DNA from: an uncultured Armatimonadetes bacterium
Lineage (GTDB): Bacteria; Armatimonadota; Hebobacteria; Hebobacterales; Hebobacteraceae
Length of the DNA stretch: 64,000 nucleotides
NCBI GenBank assembly: GCA_963716175.1
Contig: OY970296.1
Location: forward strand, 3,584,001-3,648,000
Direction: 5' to 3'
The notes beneath the pieces were generated by a model. The model was given only the letters and a program-made list of their open reading frames with translations, had not been told where the DNA came from and ran no database searches. Every line of letters begins with the position of its first letter. Position 1 is the stretch's first letter. Positions 1 to 9,807 of the stretch are shown piece after piece. Position numbers and translations under genes: made by a program.

Positions 1-2
1 GG

Positions 3-323
3 CTGAGGACCGAGAAGATCGAGGGGGGAGGCCTGCGCCTCCACGTGCCCCGGCGCAGCGAATGGTGGGCCCGGGTGCTGGCGGTGATCTTTCCGATTCC
101 GAAGGAGCGCAGGCTAGAGCTAGATGCGGCGGGGGAGGAGGTGTGGGAGATGTGCGACGGCGAGCACACCCTGCGCCAGATGATTGCGCTCTTTCAGGAG
201 CGACATAAGCTGACCCGGGCGGAAGCGGAATGGTCGCTGCGGACTTATCTCCGCGATCTGGGTAAGAGGAACTTGGTGGCCTTCGCCATCGAGAAGCAGC
301 CGGAGAAGAGGCAGCAGGGCTGA
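3..323 (+). CDS. PqqD-family / RRE-like winged-helix protein, 5' end outside window
   Basis: LELDAAGEEVWEMCDGEHTLRQM matches the PqqD L-D-x-x-G-x-x-[IV]-W-x-x-C-D-G pattern; frame is open back to the window edge. Confidence 0.75.
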   Translation: MRTEKIEGGGLRLHVPRRSEWWARVLAVIFPIPKERRLELDAAGEEVWEMCDGEHTLRQMIALFQERHKLTRAEAEWSLRTYLRDLGKRNLVAFAIEKQPEKRQQG

Positions 324-337
324 TCAGGAGAGACGGC

Positions 338-1036
338 ATGGCAAACGCAGGGCAAGTGGTTCCAGGGGGCCGCATTCAGATCGAGAGTCAGATCGTCCTT
401 CCCTGGTCGCGCACTCTCCAAATGACCAGGGAGAATATCTTCGTCCGGTTCGGCCGGTCTGTGATCACCGCCTCCGGCATCTTCCTCGGCATTGCCTTCA
501 TGAGCGCGGTGCTGTTCGGCGCCGCTGCCGGCCGGGTGCAGCAGCAGCTGGCCACCTCGCAGTTGGGCTTGCTGGGCACTGAGAGCACCAGCGGCGAGAC
601 GCAGGCCAGGACGATCTGGCTGGTGGGCATGTCCCTGCTGGTGGCCACCGTCGGGATCGTCAACTCCATGCTGATGTCGGTCACCGAGCGCTACAAGGAA
701 ATCGGCACCATGAAGTGCCTGGGGGCGCTGGACCGCTTCATCGTGCGCCTCTTCATCCTGGAGGCGGCGCTGCTGGGCGTCCTGGGATCTATCGTCGGGG
801 CGCTGGTGGGCACCGGCGCCATGACCTTGGTCTACACCTATCGCATGGGCTGGGGCCACGCCCTCTCGAGCTGGCACGAGACCGCGCTGCGGCTCGGTGG
901 TTGGTCCATACCGCTCTGGTTGGCGATTGTCCTCGGCATCGTCGTCGGTGGGCTGCTGTCCGTCTGCGCCGCTCTCTATCCCGCCTGGCGGGCCGCCAAG
1001 ATGCCCCCGGCCGCGGCGCTGCGCTCGGAGTTCTGA
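338..1036 (+). CDS. FtsX/MacB-type ABC permease (very short extracytoplasmic loop)
   Basis: GIVNSMLMSVTERYKEIGTMKCLGA and C-terminal YPAWRAAKMPPAAALRSE; about 4 TM segments. Confidence 0.88.
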   Translation: MANAGQVVPGGRIQIESQIVLPWSRTLQMTRENIFVRFGRSVITASGIFLGIAFMSAVLFGAAAGRVQQQLATSQLGLLGTESTSGETQARTIWLVGMSLLVATVGIVNSMLMSVTERYKEIGTMKCLGALDRFIVRLFILEAALLGVLGSIVGALVGTGAMTLVYTYRMGWGHALSSWHETALRLGGWSIPLWLAIVLGIVVGGLLSVCAALYPAWRAAKMPPAAALRSEF

Positions 1037-1183
1037 TGGGTCTCGCCAGACGAAGCAGTGGCGCAGACCATCGGGGCGCCTGCGAGGGCGCAGAGATGCT
1101 CGGCGTCCATTGCTGTGATGGGCGAGGGTGGTCAGTGCACGAGTCCATCTTGTGGTTAGCTTGAGAAGCCAGGGAGGCTGCGC

Positions 1184-1927
1184 ATGTCTGTCTACGAGTA
1201 TATTGTGCGTACCAAGGACCTGATGAAGGTCTACACGATGGGGGATACGGAGGTGCGCGCGGTGGATGGCGTTGCCCTCGACATCAGGCGGGGCGAGTAT
1301 ATCTCCATCATGGGGCCTTCGGGATCGGGGAAATCCACGCTCTTCAACATGATCGGAGGGCTGGACAAGCCCAGCGGCGGCACGGTCTTCATTGACGAGA
1401 CGGATATGGCGCAGCTCACCGCCTCCGAGCTCGCCTACCTGCGCTGCCGCAAGATCGGCTATATCTTCCAGACCTTCAACCTGATCCCGGTGATGACCGC
1501 GCTGGAGAACGTCACCCTGCCCATGATCTTCGCCGGCCTCTCCACCGACAATGCTCTGGACAAGGGAGTCGAGCTGCTCAAGACTGTGGGCCTGGGCGAT
1601 CGGCGAGATCATAAGCCCACGGAGCTTTCCGGCGGGCAGCAGCAGCGGGTGGCCATCGCCCGCGCCCTGGCCAACGACCCCGCCATCATCCTGGCGGACG
1701 AGCCCACGGGCAACCTCGACCTGCGCACCGGCAAAGAGATCATCGCCCTGCTCAAGCAGATGAACGAGGCGAAGAAGGTCACCGTCATCTCTGCGACCCA
1801 CGATCTGAAGATGATTGACGTCTCGGACCGGGTGGTGTGGATTCGGGACGGCAAGATCGAGCGCATTCAGGAGCGCGCCGACATTGACGTGAAGGTCGGC
1901 GTGATGGAAGGCGAAGAGGTAGGATAG
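1184..1927 (+). CDS. ABC ATP-binding protein, LolD/MacB family
   Basis: Walker [10 protein letters not shown], signature LSGGQQQRV, Walker [13 protein letters not shown]. Confidence 0.95.
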   Translation: MSVYEYIVRTKDLMKVYTMGDTEVRAVDGVALDIRRGEYISIMGPSGSGKSTLFNMIGGLDKPSGGTVFIDETDMAQLTASELAYLRCRKIGYIFQTFNLIPVMTALENVTLPMIFAGLSTDNALDKGVELLKTVGLGDRRDHKPTELSGGQQQRVAIARALANDPAIILADEPTGNLDLRTGKEIIALLKQMNEAKKVTVISATHDLKMIDVSDRVVWIRDGKIERIQERADIDVKVGVMEGEEVG

Positions 1928-1965
1928 AGAGGGCGAACGGGATGGATACGGCGGGATTCTCCGTG

Positions 1966-2000
1966 CGGCTTCGCCTCCGCATCCCGCGGAGGCGAAGCCG
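1966..2000 (+). terminator. 15-bp perfect hairpin downstream of the ABC operon (terminator or palindromic element)
   Basis: cggcttcgcctccgc-atccc-gcggaggcgaagccg followed by ttccggttt. Confidence 0.5.
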
Positions 2001-2068
2001 TTCCGGTTTGCACGCGGACGCAGCGGCAGGCCACTGCGGCGCGGCGCACACCCTGGATGGCGCTTTCC

Positions 2069-2097
2069 TTGACACCGGAAAAGGAAACTCTTATGAT
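2069..2097 (+). promoter_or_regulatory. sigma70 promoter for SPOR-grpE(-ftsZ)
   Basis: TTGACA-17 nt-TATGAT. Confidence 0.8.
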
Positions 2098-2119
2098 CTC
2101 CTGGATGGGCATGAGAGGA

Positions 2120-2749
2120 ATGGATAGCCGCCGCGGTTACAGCAGCTTCCCCACCACCTTTCTCATCTTCTCCCTCCTCCTGCTGGTGCTGGCTGGCGGA
2201 TTCGCGGTGGGCCGGCTCGTGGTTGGGCGGGCCTACGTGAAGTCGGCCGGGCAGTTCGAGAAGTGGCCCGGGCCTAAGGCCGAGGAAGCGACCGCTGCTC
2301 CTGCGGAGGGAGAGCTCCCGTCAGGGCAGGGCTATGTCCCGGCACCGTCTCGGCAGGCCGCGGAGTCCCAGTCGCCGGGGAAACCGGAGGCGGCTCCGGG
2401 TGAGCAGACCGAGCAGGCCAAGCCGGAGGCGCCGGCGGCGGCCAGCGCACCCGCGCCCTCACCCGCGCCCCAGGCCTTGCCGGCGCCCGCGGAGAGCCCG
2501 CAGCCGGCGGAGGAGAAGGAGAGAAGGTACGCCATCCAGGTGGGAGTGTTCGAGGGGGAGGAGGGGGCGCAGAAGGTGGCGGATGATCTGGCGCGGGCCG
2601 GCTATCCTGCCCAAGTGGAGAGCACCCGAGGCGAGCAGGGCAATGTCTATCGGGTACTCACTGGGCGCTACCGCACGGAGTACGCCGCCCGCAAGGCTAT
2701 GGATCAGCTCAGGCAGGAGGGGTTCTCGGGGTTCCTGGTCGAGCGCTGA
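2120..2749 (+). CDS. SPOR-domain membrane-anchored protein
   Basis: N-terminal TM, Pro/Ala linker, C-terminal YAIQVGVF...YRVLTGRY...GFSGFLV; start chosen downstream of the promoter. Confidence 0.85.
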   Translation: MDSRRGYSSFPTTFLIFSLLLLVLAGGFAVGRLVVGRAYVKSAGQFEKWPGPKAEEATAAPAEGELPSGQGYVPAPSRQAAESQSPGKPEAAPGEQTEQAKPEAPAAASAPAPSPAPQALPAPAESPQPAEEKERRYAIQVGVFEGEEGAQKVADDLARAGYPAQVESTRGEQGNVYRVLTGRYRTEYAARKAMDQLRQEGFSGFLVER

Positions 2750-2778
2750 GGACGGACCTCGGTTCGGGAGAAGGTACG

Positions 2779-3393
2779 GTGAAGGAAGGCTCAGAGGATA
2801 ATCGGACTGAAGATCAGGAGGGGGAGGCGGAGGAACCGGAGTTGCTGCCGGCGGAGGAACTGGTCTCGACCGAAGAAGAGGAGAGCAGAGGATCCGAAGT
2901 CGAGGTGCTGCAGAAAGAGCTGGCGCTGCTGGAGGGCCAGCTTCAGGACCTGCGGGACCGATACTTGCGAGCGGTGGCCAATCTGGATAATTCGCGCAAG
3001 CGGGCCCGGCGGGAGATGAGAGAGGTGCAGCAGCGGGCCGCGGCCAGCGTGCTGCTGGATCTGCTCACGGTGGTGGACAGCTTCGAGCGCGCCTTGGGGA
3101 CGGCGAGAGACTTGGGGGCGGTCCCTGCCGAGACCAGGGCTGTGTACGATGGCCTCACCTTGATCTACCGGCAGTTAGTGGATCTGCTGGGCCGGCGAGG
3201 GGTCAGACCCATCTCCGCGGTGGGCGCGCGATTCGACCCCAGCTTTCACGAGGCGGTTGCCCAGGTCCCAGCAGGCCCCGAGCAGGAGGAGGGGCTGGTG
3301 GCGCTGGAGGTGCAAAAGGGCTACCTGTATGGCGATCAGGTGCTGCGGCCCAGCAAGGTCGGGGTGACGGTGCACACCGCGTCCAGGAGCTAG
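2779..3393 (+). CDS. grpE: nucleotide exchange factor GrpE
   Basis: [39 protein letters not shown]. Confidence 0.95.
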   Translation: MKEGSEDNRTEDQEGEAEEPELLPAEELVSTEEEESRGSEVEVLQKELALLEGQLQDLRDRYLRAVANLDNSRKRARREMREVQQRAAASVLLDLLTVVDSFERALGTARDLGAVPAETRAVYDGLTLIYRQLVDLLGRRGVRPISAVGARFDPSFHEAVAQVPAGPEQEEGLVALEVQKGYLYGDQVLRPSKVGVTVHTASRS

Positions 3394-3602
3394 CATCGTG
3401 GTCGGTCTGGCAAGAGGGATGGGGTGAGGGATGTCGAAAGGACCGAGGCCGGGAGCGAGGTAAGGCCGTGCCAGGGCCGAGACGCAGACGAAGAGGCAGC
3501 GATATACCCGAAGCCGCGGCGCAGCCGCCCGGCGCGGAATCTACTCAGGCCGGGGAGCCCGAGGTGGCCGAGGCTCTGCCGGCGGGAGGGGAAGAGAATC
3601 CC

Positions 3603-4657
3603 ATGTCTAGCAGCCAGCGTCCAGGTGCTGCCGTTATCCGGGTGATAGGCGTAGGCGGGGCGGGGGCCAACGCGGTAGACCGGATGATCGCCGTGGGCCT
3701 CCAGGGCGTGGACTTCGTGGCCGCCAACACTGATCTCCAGGCGCTGTCACGATCTCAGGCCAAGTCCAAGCTTCAGCTCGGCGTCGCGGTCACCAATGGG
3801 CTGGGGGCCGGGGGCGATCCGGAGGTGGGGCGCGGGCGGCCGAGGAGAGCCGCGCTGAGATCAAAGGCCAGCTGGACGGGGCCGACATGGTGTTCATCAC
3901 CGCCGGCATGGGCGGGGGCACGGGCACCGGCGGGGCGCCGATCGTGGCCGAGATCAGCCGGGAGGTGGGAGCGCTCACCGTCGCCGTGGTGACCAAGCCC
4001 TTCGGCTTCGAGCGAGGCCGCCGCCAGAGCATCGCCGAGGAGGGACTGGATAACCTGCGAACCAAGGTGGACACCCTGATCACGGTCCCGAACGACCGCT
4101 TGCTCGGTGTGGTGCAGAAGAAGGTGACGCTGCTGGAGGCATTCCGCCTGGCCGATGAAGTGCTGCGGGAAGGCGTGCAGGGCATCTCCGACCTCATCAC
4201 CATCCCCGGGCTGATCAATCTCGATTTCGCCGACGTCAGAACCGTGATGGCTGATGCCGGGACCGCGCTGATGGGGATCGGCGTCGGGACCGGCGAGACC
4301 CGGGCCACCGATGCCGCCCAGGCCGCCATCTCCAGCCCCCTCCTGGAGACCTCCATTGACGGCGCCACCCGCATCCTCTTCAATGTCACCGGCGGCAGCG
4401 ATGTTTCGCTCTCCGAAGTGGAGGAGGCGGCCCAGGTCATCCGCTCGGCCTCGGAGTCTCCGGACACCAATGTGCTCTTCGGCGTAGTGGTAGGGGAGGA
4501 GCCCGAGGACGAGATTCGCATCACCGTTCTCGCCACCGGCTTCGATCGCAGCCGCCGCGCCAGCAGGCCGGCCGAGCACGCGCAGGCCAATCTGCCGGCC
4601 GTGGCGCCGGTTCCCGACGCCGACCTGGAGGTCCCCACCTTCCTACGGAATCGCTGA
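3603..4657 (+). CDS. ftsZ: cell division protein FtsZ (frameshift near 3833; possible alternative start 3468)
   Basis: [17 protein letters not shown]...ANTD in one frame; [17 protein letters not shown] and C-terminal DLEVPTFLR in the next; adding 1 nt near 3833 gives [14 protein letters not shown]. Confidence 0.92.
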
Positions 4658-4677
4658 GCGGCCGAGGACAAATGACA

Positions 4678-4708
4678 GCGAGGATTCGGCCACCGGCCGA
4701 ATCCTCGC
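4678..4708. terminator. 14-bp perfect hairpin between convergent genes
   Basis: gcgaggattcggcc-acc-ggccgaatcctcgc. Confidence 0.5.
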
Positions 4709-4714
4709 CGCATT

Positions 4715-4744
4715 GTGGGGCGGGCATGTCTCTGCATGCCCGCC
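4715..4744 (+). repeat. REP (GTGG variant)
   Basis: gtgg-ggcgggcatg-tctctg-catgcccgcc. Confidence 0.75.
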
Positions 4745-4753
4745 GCTGTTGTC

Positions 4754-5644
4754 TCAGTCGGGCCGCCGCAGCCGCGCCACGACCGCCCGGATATGCTCCG
4801 GCTTACTGCCGCAGCATCCGCCGATGATAGTCGCGCCCAGCTCGCGGAACTGCGGCGCAGCATCGGCGAACGTCTCGGGGGGCTCTGGAAACACCGTGCC
4901 GGTCTCGGTCCGCTGAGGCCGGCCGGCATTGGGCTGCGCGATCAGGGGCAGCGGCGTCGCCTCCCGGAACTGTCTGATGATGCCCACCATTTCGGCCGGC
5001 GAGATGGTACCGCAGTTCGCCCCGACCACCAGCGCGCCGGCGCTTGCCAGCTCTTCTGCCGCTCGCTGGGGCGAGACGCCGAAGATTGTGTGACCATTGG
5101 GGTCGAAGGCCATCGAGGCGGCCACCGGCCTCCGGGTGGCTACTACGGCGCGGATTGCCAGCGCGACCTCCTCTATCGCCGTGAACGTCTCGACGATGAA
5201 GAAGTCCACTCCCGCCTCCGCCAGCGCCTGGGCTTGCTCCTCGAAAGCGGCCGCCGCCGCGGCCTGCTCGAACTCGCCATAGGGTTCCAGGATCTTGCCG
5301 GTGGGCCCAATGCTCCCGGCCACGAAGGCCCGATCTCCCGTCACCTCCCGCGCCAGCGCCGCGGCCGCCGCGTTCAGCTCGACGGTCCGTTCGCCCAGCC
5401 CGTAGCGCTCCAAAGCAACGCGGCTGCCCTGGAAGGTGTTAGTCTCCAGCACCTCCGCGCCGGCCTCCAGGAAGGCGCGATGCACCGCTCGTACCAGCTC
5501 CGGCTGTTCGACATTGAGCAGCTCCAGAGACTGGCCCGAGGAGTGCCCGGCCGCGCTCAGGTTGGTGCCCATGGCCCCATCGCAGATCAGCAAGCCCTGG
5601 CGCAGCCTGGCTATCAGCTCCTGTGCTCGTTTCGCATCGCTCAT
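4754..5644 (-). CDS. homocysteine S-methyltransferase family protein (stand-alone Hcy-binding domain)
   Basis: DGAMGT, ETNTF, GSIGPTG, Zn ligands GANCG and IIGGCCG. Confidence 0.9.
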   Translation of the reverse strand: MSDAKRAQELIARLRQGLLICDGAMGTNLSAAGHSSGQSLELLNVEQPELVRAVHRAFLEAGAEVLETNTFQGSRVALERYGLGERTVELNAAAAALAREVTGDRAFVAGSIGPTGKILEPYGEFEQAAAAAAFEEQAQALAEAGVDFFIVETFTAIEEVALAIRAVVATRRPVAASMAFDPNGHTIFGVSPQRAAEELASAGALVVGANCGTISPAEMVGIIRQFREATPLPLIAQPNAGRPQRTETGTVFPEPPETFADAAPQFRELGATIIGGCCGSKPEHIRAVVARLRRPD

Positions 5645-5653
5645 GGCAGGGCG

Positions 5654-5682
5654 ATTCTAGCCCGCGGTCGGGGCGGTGTCAA
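5654..5682 (-). promoter_or_regulatory. sigma70 promoter, near-leaderless transcript
   Basis: minus strand TTGACA-17-TAGAAT, only 9 nt before the ATG at 5644. Confidence 0.8.
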
Positions 5683-5753
5683 CCACGGCGCAAGAGCAGG
5701 GGCCCTGCCTCAAGCGCTGAATCAGTCTGATGATCTGAATCCAGGAGCACAGC

Positions 5754-6512
5754 ATGGACTTCGGGATCATCGGCGGGACGGGCTTCTACAGCTTGGAGGG
5801 GCAGGGCGAGGCGGCGGTGGTGACGACGCCTTATGGACCGGTGGAAGTCAGCCGTACGCGCCTGGGGGGAACCGAGATCGCTTTCATCGCGCGCCACGGC
5901 GGGGAGCACAGTGTGCCTCCCCACCGCGTCAACTACCGCGCCAACATCAGTGCCCTGAAGCAGTTGGGGGTGACGAACATCCTCGCCTCGGCGAGTGTGG
6001 GCTCCATGTCCAGCACCATGCCTCCCGGCTCGCTGGTGATACTCACCCAGTTCCTGGATTTCACAAAGGCGCGGGCGAGCACTTTCTTCGACGGGGAGGG
6101 CGGCGAGGTCGTCCACACGGACATGACCGACCCCTACTGCCCGCACCTGCGCGAGGAGCTGCAGGCGGCGGCCGCCGCGCTCGGCGAGGGACTGCGCGCG
6201 ACTGGCACCTATGTCTGCGCCGAGGGTCCTCGCTTCGAGACCCGGGCGGAGATCGAGATGTTCCGCCGCCTCGGGGGCGAGCTGGTGGGCATGACCAATG
6301 TCCCGGAGGTGACGCTGGCGCGGGAGGCGGGAATCTGCTACGCCGCGGTCGCAGCCGTCACCAACTGGGCCGCGGGCATCGCGGCCGAGCCGCTGAAGCA
6401 CGAGGAAGTAAGTGACTTCATGTCAACTCAGACTCCCAGGCTGCGGGCGCTGTTCGCCCGCGTGGTACAGGACCATCGGGAGCTGGACTGCGCGTGCCGG
6501 GCGCGGGCGTGA
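5754..6512 (+). CDS. mtnP: S-methyl-5'-thioadenosine/thioinosine phosphorylase
   Basis: GIIGGTG, RHGGEHSVPPHRVNYRANI, EGPRFETRAE, GMTNVPE; VTN (rather than VTD) hints at 6-oxopurine/MTI specificity. Confidence 0.88.
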   Translation: MDFGIIGGTGFYSLEGQGEAAVVTTPYGPVEVSRTRLGGTEIAFIARHGGEHSVPPHRVNYRANISALKQLGVTNILASASVGSMSSTMPPGSLVILTQFLDFTKARASTFFDGEGGEVVHTDMTDPYCPHLREELQAAAAALGEGLRATGTYVCAEGPRFETRAEIEMFRRLGGELVGMTNVPEVTLAREAGICYAAVAAVTNWAAGIAAEPLKHEEVSDFMSTQTPRLRALFARVVQDHRELDCACRARA

Positions 6513-7444
6513 GCGGCGATCGGGGCAGGGGAGGAGACCGGCTCTGGTGGGCCGCGCTCAGCCAGGTGGAAGGGCTGGGCGCTGCCGGACTGCTGCGCCT
6601 GGCACGGGCCTTCGGATCGCCGGAGGCCGCGCTCCAGGCTTCGCCGCAGGAGCTGGTGACTCGCGGGCGTCTCACAGTCCAGCAGGCGCAGGAAGTGAAG
6701 CTCGCCGCCGCATCGCTGCCCGCGGTGGAGCAGCGCATCGCCGCCTGGGCGCGCGCGGGGATCGAGCTGATCGCGGCGGGCGAGCCGGGCTATCCACTGG
6801 GCCTGACGGATCTGAAGGCTCCGCCGCCCCTGTTATATCTGAGAGGTGAGCTCAGGCCGGAGGACCGCCGCGCAGTGGCGGTGGTGGGGACACGAGAGCC
6901 TACCCGCGAGGGCGAGCTGATCGCCGAGCGCCTGGCCCAGGGGCTGGCCGAGCGGGGCCTGACCATTGTCAGCGGACTGGCGCGAGGGATTGACACCGCT
7001 GGGCACCGGGGCGCGCTGGCGGCGCAGGCCGGGCGGACCATCGCCATCCTCGGATGCGGCCTCCTCCGCATCTACCCTCCGGAGAATACTTGGCTATCCG
7101 AGGAGATCGCGCACCGCGGCTGCCTGATGGCCGAGGTTCCCCCAGAGACCGAGGTCAACCGCCGCTTTCTGCTGGCCCGCGATCGCCTCCAGGCCGCATC
7201 GTCTCGCGCGGTGATCGTGGTGCAGGCTCACCGCGAGTGCGGCAGCATCGTCACCGCCAGCCACGCCCGCGCCTGCGGGCGGCTGCTCCTTGGGGTCCCG
7301 TGGCCGCGGCCGCCGTTCTCGGAGGGATGGGACAGGCTGCGCAAGCTGGGAGCGCAGCCAGTTGACCCTGAAGGGGACCTCGACGCGGTCGCGGAGCAGC
7401 TTGACTCCTGGACCGGCCCGCCTGCCCAGTCGCCCCTGCTCTAG
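6509..7444 (+). CDS. dprA: DNA-processing protein DprA
   Basis: VAVVGTR, IVSGLARGIDTAGH, IYPPEN, FLLARDRL; GTGA overlap with the mtnP stop. Confidence 0.92.
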   Translation: MSGDRGRGGDRLWWAALSQVEGLGAAGLLRLARAFGSPEAALQASPQELVTRGRLTVQQAQEVKLAAASLPAVEQRIAAWARAGIELIAAGEPGYPLGLTDLKAPPPLLYLRGELRPEDRRAVAVVGTREPTREGELIAERLAQGLAERGLTIVSGLARGIDTAGHRGALAAQAGRTIAILGCGLLRIYPPENTWLSEEIAHRGCLMAEVPPETEVNRRFLLARDRLQAASSRAVIVVQAHRECGSIVTASHARACGRLLLGVPWPRPPFSEGWDRLRKLGAQPVDPEGDLDAVAEQLDSWTGPPAQSPLL

Positions 7445-9616
7445 ACGGCCCGGCGCCGGAGCCGCGGCCCTAGCCAGAGCCCCGCGCACACCGCCAGCGC
7501 CAGGAAGCTGATGACGCGGCCGATAACCAGCCCGCGGGGGTGGTAGAGGAACTCCACAGTGTGCTTGCCCTTCGGCAGCGGGGTGCCCATCAGCACGCTG
7601 TCTACGGTCACAAGCGGCGCCGCCCGGCCGTCCAGGCGGACTCGCCATCCGCGATCCCAGCGGTCATTCAGCACCAGTAGACCATCGCGCTCGCACTCGG
7701 CCCGCACTATCACTCGTTCCGGCCGAGGCTCCTCGACGGTGAGCTTCGCGGGAGCAGACGCAGCCCCGCGCAAAGCCCCCATCTCGCCCTGCACCACTGC
7801 TGTCTGGCCCAACCTGCTGGCCCTGCTCAGCTCCACGGTGCGCCGGCGGGCCTCGTTCGCGTCTCGCGCCGGCAGTACCTCTGACAGCACGAAGGCTCGG
7901 GGGAACGCGCCCTGGTTCCGGGTAGATGACAAAGGGTCCGACCCTCGTTGCCGGCACCCCCGGCAGGTTGGCCTGGGGAGGGAGCGCGAGATAGCGGGTC
8001 CCCACTACGGACAGCAGCCGCAGGTCTCCGGTCTGTGCTGCGGCCAAGGCCGACCGGAAGAAGCGCTCGTGCTCGGGGTCGGTGAACGTCGCGTAACCAC
8101 CGATGATGCGAATCCCATAGGACTGAGGGACATCCGCGGGAAGCAGCACGCGCGCTTCCACCCAGCCGTCGGGGTTGCGCGCCCAGCCACCTGGCGGTAC
8201 CCACTTGGCGTCAATGGTCGAGGCCGGCACGATCCAGGCCCGCCACCAGGTGGTGTCACTCAGCAGGGCCTCGGCGGCGGGATTGGGTGCGGTGAGAACC
8301 ATCGGGTCGCTCATCGGCGCCAATGTGCGATCGAACCAGACCAGATCACCGGCCGCGAACGCTGCCGCCACCGCTCCCAGGACCAGCAGCCGGCGACCGC
8401 GGCCCATCGGGCGCCAGCTCGCGAGCACATCCCATCCCTGCCCAGCGAGCAACGCTGCCGCGAAGGTGAACAGGAAGATATAGCGGGCCGGCACTCGGAA
8501 CTCCGAGAAGCCTGGCACGAACCGGAGCAACTGGTAGAGCGGGTTGCCCCGGGCCAGAGCCAGCGCCAGCGCGACCACGCCCAGGCCGGCGAGGGGCCAG
8601 CCGCGTCGGCGAGTAGCGCCCACCAGGGCGAGGGCGAGAGGCACCAGGCCGATGTAGAGCACGTACTCCCAATAGTAGTTCTCTCCGGTATAGCTGTTGA
8701 AGGCCGGCGTACCCTGCCAGTTCGGCCGAATCAGTCCAAACAGGTGCTTGGGAAGCAGGGAGAATGAGGTGACATAACGCAAGCTGCCCCGTTCGCCGTG
8801 GGGCGCGGCCGCCGCCAGGTCATAGGTCATCAAGAGCTGGACCGCGGCCAGCCCCAACCCGAGAGCGAGAATCGCCACCAGCAATCCAGCCGCGCGCCGC
8901 AGCGGCCATCGCCGCTCGGCCCGGCGCGAGGCCGCCCACCGCCAGCCCACCCAGAAGAGCACGATCAGGGTGATCTGAAACAGAGTCTGTGGATGGCCGC
9001 ACAGGGCGCTGGCGGCCCAGGCCGTGCCCGCCAGCGCGGCATTGGGCAGCAGGGGTCCGCGCCAGGCGCGCTCGACGAACAGGATCACGACCGGCAGCCA
9101 GCTGGCCGCGCAGAGCAGGCTGACGTGCTGCAGATGCGCGAACAGGTAGCCACCGAAAGAGAAGGTGAGAGCGGCCAGCCAAGCCGAGAACGGCGAGAGT
9201 CCGAGCAGTCGGGCGAGCAGATACATGGAGACCGCGGCCAGCAGCAGATGCGAGATCACCAGCCAGTTGATGGCGCCGGAGGAGGGGAGGAGCCACGAGA
9301 GCAGGAGGGAAACCGGGTAGAAGACGGCGATCTGACCCTCAGCCGCGATCGGATAGCCGCAGAAGAGGTACGGCGACCACAGAGGAAGACGTCCGGCCCG
9401 CAAGCTCTCGTGCAGCAGCGACTTCGCCGGCTGGAAGAAGTAGCAGATGTCGCTCAGCAACACAAAGCCCCGCAGCACCGCCGCCCGCCACAACAGGACC
9501 ATTTGCAGCGCCACCAACGAGCCGATGGCGGCGCCGTCAGTGCGCCACCGCCAAGACCTCGAGGCTGGGGCGTTGCCGGTCTGACGAGGGCCGACTGCTC
9601 GTCTACGTCTGGGCAT
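7441..9616 (-). CDS. YfhO-family membrane glycosyltransferase-like protein (frameshift near 7921)
   Basis: GRLPLWSPYLFCGYP, FRVPARY, C-terminal LLVLND...GWRVRLDG...GKHTVEFLYHP; extra G in the GGG run at 7920-7922. Confidence 0.82.
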
Positions 9617-9677
9617 CGTAAGTCACTCTTCTGGTTGGGAAGAGGGCAAACCTACTGGAGCCGGCCTCTCAGGCTTT

Positions 9678-9705
9678 AGGTCCGATAATAGTTCTTATGT
9701 TACAT
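9678..9705. other. dif-like XerC/XerD recombination site
   Basis: AGGTCCGATAA-TAGTTC-TTATGTTACAT, 11-6-11 layout; right arm differs by 1 nt from the E. coli XerD arm TTATGTTAAAT; intergenic, AT-rich island. Confidence 0.75.
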
Positions 9706-9807
9706 TTCTACCCAGGACCCCGCTGGCTCTGAGGGGCGGCTTAGCTAGCCTGGAATGCCGCGAGGGGCGTTCGAGGGCAGTGCCCGCGGCCGGAGGTGGA
9801 CGCCTTG

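Noticed and set aside
245-1801. Long antisense ORFs (also e.g. 4715-6415, 17467-19026, 24242-25780, 29733-31475, 53017-54555, 58450-59934)
   Set aside because: Shadow frames opposite well-supported genes in high-GC DNA; no recognisable motifs
3830-3845. Programmed frameshifting or pseudogenisation of ftsZ, mutS, ilvB, ilvN
   Set aside because: No slippery heptamers and no further decay; scattered single indels fit sequencing error better
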